This document shows, one piece after another, positions 58,021 through 64,000 of a stretch of DNA of 64,000 nucleotides (positions within the stretch are counted from its first letter, which is position 1; every line of letters begins with the position of its first letter). The DNA is taken from contig NZ_JAVZIN010000004.1 of assembly GCF_038871235.1 (NCBI RefSeq), positions 47,534 through 111,533 of the forward strand, written 5' to 3'. Made by a program: the position numbers and the translations under genes. This DNA is from Candidatus Hadarchaeum sp. Lineage in GTDB: Archaea; Hadarchaeota; Hadarchaeia; Hadarchaeales; Hadarchaeaceae. The notes under the pieces are model-generated. The model ran no database searches and was not told the DNA's origin. It saw only the letters and a program-made list of their open reading frames with translations.

Positions 58021-59170
58021 TCTTCAGGATCTCTTCGATTGGTGCGTCCGTTCTGAAGCCAGTGTTGGAAAAATGAGTGCGTGAGGCGAAGTAACCATTA
58101 CTTCTGATCGCGGAAATTAATTCTCCCATTTTTGGTGTAGGTTTTTTCAGAAATCCTGCTAACCGGTTGAGATCGTAGAAGGTGGGCGGGCCATCAGCTT
58201 CCTCGGCGCATCTGCAGAGAAGCGAAATCTCTTGATGTTTTAATCCAAAGTTCCTCTCGGATAGATCAGCTATGACCTCTTGGATGAACCTCTTGTCAGC
58301 TAATTTTCCAGTCCAGAGAGGACCAGCATGGGAGTACTTTCTGCCACATTCGCAGTGTTCGGGCAGTTCCGTGATTAGACCATAGCTGATTTTTCGGCGC
58401 ATACACGCATTACAATGGGAAATGTATCCCATTTCTTTTAGTAACTCATCAGCGCGCTGGGCTCCCCTTTGTCCCTGAAGGTAGATCCGAAAGTAGTGTC
58501 GTGTGGCGTGGACCAGAACTGGGGTCAGGGCGATCTCATGTAGTCCTCCGATCCGCTGGGCGAACCCAATCAGTATTCTGATCCCAATTTCGTGGCAGTA
58601 TTCTGTTTTCAGCGGCTTGGCTCCATACCTTCTGAGACAGGTCTTAGGGTAGGTTCCTGAGAGGGGTGCGGTGTCGGTGGCCGTCAGCGCCAGCATTCCC
58701 CTCCGCGATAGCGAGCTGCAGGCGGCATCTAGAAAGGGCGCTGGTGAGCCGAAAGGATCCAGATCCACGAAGTTGAATTTGCCCCTGTTTTGCAGGAGAA
58801 TGATGTTAGCATCGGCTAAGCTTGCCTCGACCGAGTTGCTCAGTCCGTTTAGTTCAGCGTTTCGTTTTATCAGCTCGAAAGCATCCATAGACTTATCGTT
58901 CACGACACATCTTGCGACGCCTTTTACTTCATTAGCATACCGGAGCCCTCTGATGCCAATGCCTGCAAGCGGATCGCAGATATACAAGCGGTTGAACATC
59001 TGAGCAGTTACTTGAGCCACCGAAATTGAGATATCGCGACAGAGTTCCATATTGGGGTTGTAGAAAACCTTGGTCAGTGAGGGAGCATAGTCACCAGCCC
59101 CCGTCTTAAAATCTTCAGGGTTGGGTGACTCAACTTTAGTTTTTCCCTCGGTTATTAAGATTGTTCTCAC
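58004..59170 (-). CDS. trm1: tRNA (guanine-26) N2-dimethyltransferase
   Basis: VFYNPNM..CRD, GIRGLRY, DLDPFGSP, TATD, GPLWTG, RTHFS..GFRTDA. Confidence 0.95.
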   Translation of the reverse strand: MRTILITEGKTKVESPNPEDFKTGAGDYAPSLTKVFYNPNMELCRDISISVAQVTAQMFNRLYICDPLAGIGIRGLRYANEVKGVARCVVNDKSMDAFELIKRNAELNGLSNSVEASLADANIILLQNRGKFNFVDLDPFGSPAPFLDAACSSLSRRGMLALTATDTAPLSGTYPKTCLRRYGAKPLKTEYCHEIGIRILIGFAQRIGGLHEIALTPVLVHATRHYFRIYLQGQRGAQRADELLKEMGYISHCNACMRRKISYGLITELPEHCECGRKYSHAGPLWTGKLADKRFIQEVIADLSERNFGLKHQEISLLCRCAEEADGPPTFYDLNRLAGFLKKPTPKMGELISAIRSNGYFASRTHFSNTGFRTDAPIEEILKIIENA

Positions 59171-59235
59171 GGAACCACAATGATTTTTGTAAGATCTAAC
59201 TATAAGTAATGTCAGGTGGTCTTGATTTTCAAATT

Positions 59236-59345
59236 CATAATCATAGTAGTAGTTATCATAGTTTCGATTGCCATAGTAAGTTATTAAAAGGACATCATCA
59301 TAGTAGTAGAAATTGCTCAGGTTTATATCTGGACCTTTTCATAGT
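59236..59345 (+). promoter_or_regulatory. Five CATAGT direct repeats around a TATA box
   Basis: CATAGT at 59242, 59257, 59272, 59299, 59340; 17-bp repeat CAT(A/C)ATCATAGTAGTAG at 59236 and 59293; TTTATA at 59322. Confidence 0.65.
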
Positions 59346-59352
59346 TTTAACC

Positions 59353-60087
59353 ATGAAGTGCTCTCGGTGTGGGTATCAGTGGGAACCGAAGGTCCCGAAT
59401 CCAAAGGAATGCCCGCGATGCAAAACTAGGCTGGATTACGTTTCTATGCCTGTAGGGGCACCAAAAAGGTTTGAAAAAAAGGAGGTGAGTAAAGCGATGT
59501 CTAGTAAACTTCCGTGGGTCGCAGCGATCATCATAGTAGCAGCAGCGGTTGCGGCTTGGGCGCTTTGGCCAACTGCTGAAGTTCCGGCTACGGTACCGTC
59601 CGCTGGGGCCAAGATAACGCTGGCAACCGGATCCGGCACCGTTTTCGCCGCGCCTCCAGAAAACTCCGGTATTGAGAACATATACATCGTAAAGACTGGG
59701 CAGAATTACACCCAAAACTTTAGTGGACTGACCGACAACTATCTGGCTGTGATTTCATCAAATGGTGCTTCGGTGATAATCCCCTACGACACACCATTTG
59801 CCATCGTTGTCGCCGTCACGGGCCACAAGGACAACATGGGACAGCTTACCACGGCATACCTGAAGGTTGCATTGGGGGCAATCACAAGCTCCGGAGAGTG
59901 GTCTATACCCTATGAGAACTCTGATGACAACAGCGCGATCAAGGAAAATATTTTCTACTCCGATAGTACCAAGATCCGCGTCAACGTCGTTTGGGACAAT
60001 GGTGGCAATTATTACCAGCTAAAGGCCGATGATAATTTAATTATACAGCACGTTGACCTCTGGTTGCGCGGTAAGTACACCGGTTAG
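59353..60087 (+). CDS. Zn-ribbon + signal/TM helix + beta-rich extracellular domain; second in-frame start at 59497
   Basis: MKCSRCGYQWEPK..NPKECPRCKT; GGAGGTGA at 59481 before ATG 59497; hydrophobic LPWVAAIIIVAAAVAAWALW; Asn/Thr/Ser-rich ectodomain. Confidence 0.8.
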   Translation: MKCSRCGYQWEPKVPNPKECPRCKTRLDYVSMPVGAPKRFEKKEVSKAMSSKLPWVAAIIIVAAAVAAWALWPTAEVPATVPSAGAKITLATGSGTVFAAPPENSGIENIYIVKTGQNYTQNFSGLTDNYLAVISSNGASVIIPYDTPFAIVVAVTGHKDNMGQLTTAYLKVALGAITSSGEWSIPYENSDDNSAIKENIFYSDSTKIRVNVVWDNGGNYYQLKADDNLIIQHVDLWLRGKYTG

Positions 60088-60112
60088 TTTTGGCGGGCAA
60101 AGATGGGTAAAG

Positions 60113-60150
60113 GGGCACGTGAATCACGCGTGCCCGATTTTTTATTTTTC
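60113..60150 (+). terminator. Hairpin plus T-tract terminator candidate
   Basis: GGGCACG...CGTGCCC stem followed by T6-A-T5. Confidence 0.6.
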
Positions 60151-60225
60151 ATTATTCTCATAAATTAATTTTAGAACACTTGGGCAAACGGCTTATATTT
60201 TCTGAGTGACGACAACTATCGGAAG

Positions 60226-60696
60226 GTGTCAAGTTTGCCCGACAGAAAAACAGCCGCGATCTTGTTGTTGGCGATTTTGGTTGCAGTCATGGGGGTGGGC
60301 TGGCGCATGGCCGAGTCGAAGCCCCCGCAGGTCATGCCTCTTCCTGAGGATGTGGAGAACTGGACGCATCTCTTCCGAGGATATAAGGCATATCTCGACA
60401 AAGAAATTCACTACTCGGTTGTAAACGGGGACAGCATGTTGCCGACCTTCAAAGATGGCGATCTGGTGCTATGGGTTGCTGTCGATAACACTTTTGAATT
60501 TGGAGTGGGCGATATCATCATTTACAAACACCCGACTAGACCCTATCTCGACAACATCGTACACAGGATAATCGAGGTGGGGACGGACTATAGGGAAAAT
60601 CAGTTCAAGACCAAGGGGGACAATTCACCTGAGGAATACTGGGTGCCGCGCGCAAATATTCATGGGCTCGTGATCGGAGTAATTTACCAAAAATAA
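60226..60696 (+). CDS. Second S26 signal peptidase (SipW-like, probably locus-dedicated)
   Basis: N-terminal TM, GDSMLPTF..GDL, GDIIIY, IVHRI, TKGDN. Confidence 0.88.
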   Translation: MSSLPDRKTAAILLLAILVAVMGVGWRMAESKPPQVMPLPEDVENWTHLFRGYKAYLDKEIHYSVVNGDSMLPTFKDGDLVLWVAVDNTFEFGVGDIIIYKHPTRPYLDNIVHRIIEVGTDYRENQFKTKGDNSPEEYWVPRANIHGLVIGVIYQK

Positions 60697-60869
60697 ATTG
60701 GAACGGCTGCTATCGCAAACCTATGCTACTTTTAGTCAATTTTTCAGGAGCACTCGGCAAGGTTTCTGTTAACTAATGGGTGCCGAATCCTTGCTTGATT
60801 CCATTGCAAAATATGGTCGGAGATGTGCGGAAAATTATTTAATACAAGTAATTAAGGCACGCGCCGTTA

Positions 60870-61168
60870 TGCACACGTGTGCACACAGATAGAATGGGTT
60901 CTGTTTACTCAGGAGCTTTGCAGGAGAGCTAGAGGTAGGCGGCGGTTCTACGTGCAACTTCAGAGAATCCTCGGTGAGTTGTCGCAGAAAAGCTGGCGCA
61001 AGATTGGTGGTTCAGTGTATCTCGTAAATATTGAATATTCCGAATCAATCTTGGAAATGCTAAAAAGTTTTGTGTCCCGACTTAAAATGGTTTCAAAGGT
61101 CAGGTTTTGAGTGAATATTACACGTTCTTATTCGGTCCTTGGCTAAGAGCATACTGCACACGTGTGCA
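60870..61168. repeat. Element bounded by two copies of palindrome TGCACACGTGTGCA
   Basis: Exact 14-bp palindrome at 60870-60883 and 61155-61168; third copy at 20094-20107. Confidence 0.8.
60877..61110 (+). CDS. Small Cas2/VapD-like ferredoxin-fold ORF, possibly frameshifted near its end
   Basis: WVLFTQEL / RRRFYVQLQRIL / RKIGGSVYLV / ILEMLKSF pattern; alternative frame gives DLKWF matching ELKWY in the 20 kb copy. Confidence 0.5.
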   Translation: MCTQIEWVLFTQELCRRARGRRRFYVQLQRILGELSQKSWRKIGGSVYLVNIEYSESILEMLKSFVSRLKMVSKVRF

Positions 61169-61334
61169 TTCTCTGGATTAAATTCTCCGCAGATCCAAGT
61201 CAACCCAAAAGCGGACGAATCTTTTCTTCCTTTGGTCAATTTTTCAGGCAAACTTTTTTCTATTGCTCAGGGTTGCAGAAAAGGCTTTGGATAAGTGTTT
61301 ATAATCGTTGAAAGTTAGTTTAAAAGGGGTGGCG

Positions 61335-62138
61335 GTGGGCTCAGAACCGGAGAAAGATAGGAGTAAAAAACTGCTCTCGCTTTTAAAGCCGGCCAAAGAG
61401 CGTGGCATTGAAATCAAGGAAAAGCGGGCAATTATAACCGGCGTTTTTTCCTGTAAGGGTGGGGTCGGTAAAACCACCACCTTGGCAAACTTGGCGCTGT
61501 GTGCTGCCCAGATCTTTAAGGGCAATGTGCTGGCTATAGATGCCAACCTTTCGGCGCCTAATCTGGGCCTGCATTTCGGTGAGCTCGACCCCAAGGTGAC
61601 GATTCACGATGCCCTTGCCGGACAGATTCCTGTGGAGAAAACCATCATGGATTACCACGGCCTAGATCTCATTCTCGGTTCGATAGCTTTTGGTGAGGAG
61701 GTTCACCTAGTTGATCTCAAGGGACTTTTAGAACCGTTGAGATCCAAGTATCGTCTGATTCTCATTGACTCCGCCCCGGGTATTGGTGCTGAAGTGATCT
61801 CGGCGATGAAAATCTGCGATGAAATAATCATTGTTACCAACCCAGAGATACCAACGGTGGCCAGTACTCTGAAGACATTCCGTGCTGCTGAGAGGTACAA
61901 GATCCCGATTCTGGGTGTGGTCGTGAACAAGGTCAGAAACGAGCCGTTTGAGCTCACGATTAAAGACGTAAAGAAGGCGTTGGGTTGGCCAATCATAGCT
62001 GTGGTTCCTGAGGATATCAAGGTCAGGGAGGCGACCGCGGCCGGAATTCCAGTAGTTTCATACCATCCAAAGTCACCGGCCGCGGTGGAATTCAAGAGGT
62101 TAGGCGAGTTTATTACCAAGCATGTCCTCAAAAGCTAG
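61335..62138 (+). CDS. MinD/ParA-family ATPase
   Basis: Deviant Walker A KGGVGKTT, IDAN, LIDSAPG, VVNKV, VPED..VREA. Confidence 0.92.
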   Translation: MGSEPEKDRSKKLLSLLKPAKERGIEIKEKRAIITGVFSCKGGVGKTTTLANLALCAAQIFKGNVLAIDANLSAPNLGLHFGELDPKVTIHDALAGQIPVEKTIMDYHGLDLILGSIAFGEEVHLVDLKGLLEPLRSKYRLILIDSAPGIGAEVISAMKICDEIIIVTNPEIPTVASTLKTFRAAERYKIPILGVVVNKVRNEPFELTIKDVKKALGWPIIAVVPEDIKVREATAAGIPVVSYHPKSPAAVEFKRLGEFITKHVLKS

Positions 62139-62158
62139 CCAAATTAAGCTAGGGAAAG

Positions 62159-64000
62159 TTATTGTTGTTTTCGCGTGGTTTTTCTCTTCCTCTCGGAGAT
62201 TCGCTTTAATTTCTTTAGAGCGGCCAGCTCCTTCCGACCAAACTTTTCCACCGTTGGGGCTGCTGCTGGTCTTCCTATAATGCGGTGTTTCGGCGCGAAA
62301 ACCGCCTTCTTAAGCCTTTTCAGGATCACATAGTATCGTGATGGCTGGAGGAGACTGTAAATGATCGAAAAGGCAGCCAGACCGCCCGCCATCGCCAGCA
62401 TGGTGAAGAACTCGTGGGGTACCGCGGGCAGTTCTGGCGTGATGGGTGTGACGGGTTTAACTGGCACGAGTGTTACCCGTTCCCCGACAGCGGCAAAAAC
62501 TGACAATCCCGGTGAAGTTGCCTCGTAGTAGACGCAAGTGTCATCCTCATAGATGTAGTCGGTGGGCAGTGGCTGCCAGCCGTTCATGAACCGGTAAAGT
62601 CTGATCGTCATCTTATCGACACCGTTTAACTCCATCCACGCTTTTTCCAACCTGAAGTGGATCTTCACCGAGGCTATGGAGAAGCTCTCCACGTTGGTCT
62701 CTATTTCCCAGAAGTAGTGGTAGACGATTCCCGATGGTGGGAAGATGGTAATTTTGCCCTCGCGTTGCAGTTCTTGGAAAGAGGTCTGGTTAACGGTGAT
62801 TATCACGTTTTCCAAGTTCGTCAGTGCTGATATTGTCACTCCAGTTATACAGTACCTATAAGGCGTGAAGTCAGCTGTGGCGGACATGCCGCCGGGTATT
62901 AAGGCAATAAACGCGGCAACGCCTTTAATTTCGGGAGCGATGATTTCGATGGAGTCGCTGGCAGCGGCTGAGAGCAACCCGGCGTTGTCCCTGACTCTAA
63001 CGTAAACGGTTCTCATCCCAATCCCAGCTTGCAGTAGGTATTGCTTGGTCGTTGAGAAAGTCTCCCATTCAGTCCAGTTCACACCATCGCTGCTGAACTG
63101 CATCTGCGTCACCCCAGAAGTTCCGTCAACCGCGAGCACGGTGATCGTCACTGAGGTTGAACTGGTTGACGGGGCGTTGTTGTTGATGACCACCGCAATT
63201 ATTGACGGTGGAACGGTGTCGACACCGCAGATAGCATCGGCGACTTTTGGAGCTAGTTCCACGTTGCCTTCATCATCCACTGCTATTGAGTAGAACTGAT
63301 AGTAGCCATCGCCAGCCGGAGCGGTGAATGACCATGAGTTGGGTCCTGTATTGTCGCCGAAGTTCTCCCAGGAACTCCAGCTCAGTTTGTCCTTTGAATA
63401 TCGGTACCAAAGTTGGATTATGGCGACATAGCCGCCGCTGCTCGGATCCGATGAAGTAGCCGTAATAGTGAACGGAGTCGCGTTTATCCAGAACGGAGAG
63501 ATGGCGTTGATGTTCGAATTTGGCACACCTGGAGCTCTGATGCTGATGGTCCAGGCCTCAACCAAATGCCAAGCAGCAGGTGACCTAACCGTGCCGGTCC
63601 AGGCTTCCACAACTTTCCAACTCGTCAGAGTTCTAACGGTAGCGGTCCAGGATTGGATCAGTTGCCATTCGGCCGTGCCCCTGATTGTCGCCGTCCATAA
63701 CTCAATCGGGTGCCACTCGGCAGGAGCCCGTACGGTTGTGGTCCACGATTCGATAAGACTCCATTTGACCGTAGTGGTGATGGTTCCCGCCCAAGTTTCG
63801 ATGAGATTCCAACGAGCAGGTGCTCGAATCGTATCCGTCCAGCTTTCGATGAGATGCCATTCAGCAGGTGCTCGAACTGTTCCACTCCAAGTTTCGATCA
63901 GGTTCCAGGCGGTCGGGGCTCGAACCGTCCCCGTCCACGATTCGATTAAGTTCCACTGCGCTGGAGCACGGACCGTTCCGGTCCAACTCTCGATGAGCCA
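62159..64000 (-). CDS. Large cell-surface protein (start beyond window): 16-aa Trp repeats, Ig-like domains, PGF-pre-PGF-like domain, TM, basic tail
   Basis: Frame open to 64000; WxLIE[ST]WTGTVRAPAx repeats; DGYYQFYSIAVD..GNVE; VYVRVRDNAG; YEATSPGLSVFAAVG; TM near the C-terminus. Confidence 0.88.
   Translation of the reverse strand, partial: WLIESWTGTVRAPAQWNLIESWTGTVRAPTAWNLIETWSGTVRAPAEWHLIESWTDTIRAPARWNLIETWAGTITTTVKWSLIESWTTTVRAPAEWHPIELWTATIRGTAEWQLIQSWTATVRTLTSWKVVEAWTGTVRSPAAWHLVEAWTISIRAPGVPNSNINAISPFWINATPFTITATSSDPSSGGYVAIIQLWYRYSKDKLSWSSWENFGDNTGPNSWSFTAPAGDGYYQFYSIAVDDEGNVELAPKVADAICGVDTVPPSIIAVVINNNAPSTSSTSVTITVLAVDGTSGVTQMQFSSDGVNWTEWETFSTTKQYLLQAGIGMRTVYVRVRDNAGLLSAAASDSIEIIAPEIKGVAAFIALIPGGMSATADFTPYRYCITGVTISALTNLENVIITVNQTSFQELQREGKITIFPPSGIVYHYFWEIETNVESFSIASVKIHFRLEKAWMELNGVDKMTIRLYRFMNGWQPLPTDYIYEDDTCVYYEATSPGLSVFAAVGERVTLVPVKPVTPITPELPAVPHEFFTMLAMAGGLAAFSIIYSLLQPSRYYVILKRLKKAVFAPKHRIIGRPAAAPTVEKFGRKELAALKKLKRISERKRKTTRKQQ
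63524..64000 (-). repeat. In-frame 48-bp (16-aa) tandem repeat, at least 10 units
   Basis: Two Trp per unit at fixed spacing; DNA diverged at synonymous sites. Confidence 0.9.

Noticed and set aside
59209-59352. His/Ser-rich N-terminal extension given by the ORF track
   Set aside because: It is the translation of the CATAGT promoter repeats; TATA position supports a start at 59353.
63524-64000. 48-bp periodicity as a CRISPR array
   Set aside because: No constant repeat/unique spacer pattern; variation follows codon positions of an open frame.

Overview
Gene-dense archaeal chromosome segment of moderate GC. It carries archaeal PheST, Cdc6/Orc1, thermosome, PCNA, PriS/PriL, GINS, aIF2-alpha, CarS, Tes and GGR. 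The gene set looks euryarchaeal, possibly Hadarchaeota-like (inference only). Most of the window is housekeeping: a replication/transcription/translation superoperon (40.7-51 kb), DNA repair genes (Hef, Fen1, Nre, EndoQ), ether-lipid synthesis, a glycosylation cluster with a B12-binding radical SAM enzyme (28-36 kb), queD/queE and three tRNAs. Main unusual signals read from the sequence: (1) a tRNA-Pro(CGG) with two adjacent BHB introns flanking the anticodon; (2) an accessory cell-surface locus at 59-64 kb, made of a CATAGT repeat array, a Zn-ribbon/TM/ectodomain gene with an internal Shine-Dalgarno and an in-phase A_AAA_AAG slippery site, a dedicated S26 peptidase, MinD, and a surface protein with 16-aa Trp repeats; (3) a dispersed small element marked by the palindrome TGCACACGTGTGCA with a Cas2/VapD-like ORF, in two diverged copies; (4) three genes, including rpoK, with no usable ATG/GTG/TTG start; (5) a TrmB regulator between carS and tes with a candidate operator. 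No CRISPR array, integrase or transposase was seen. All product calls come from motif recognition by eye; no searches were run.
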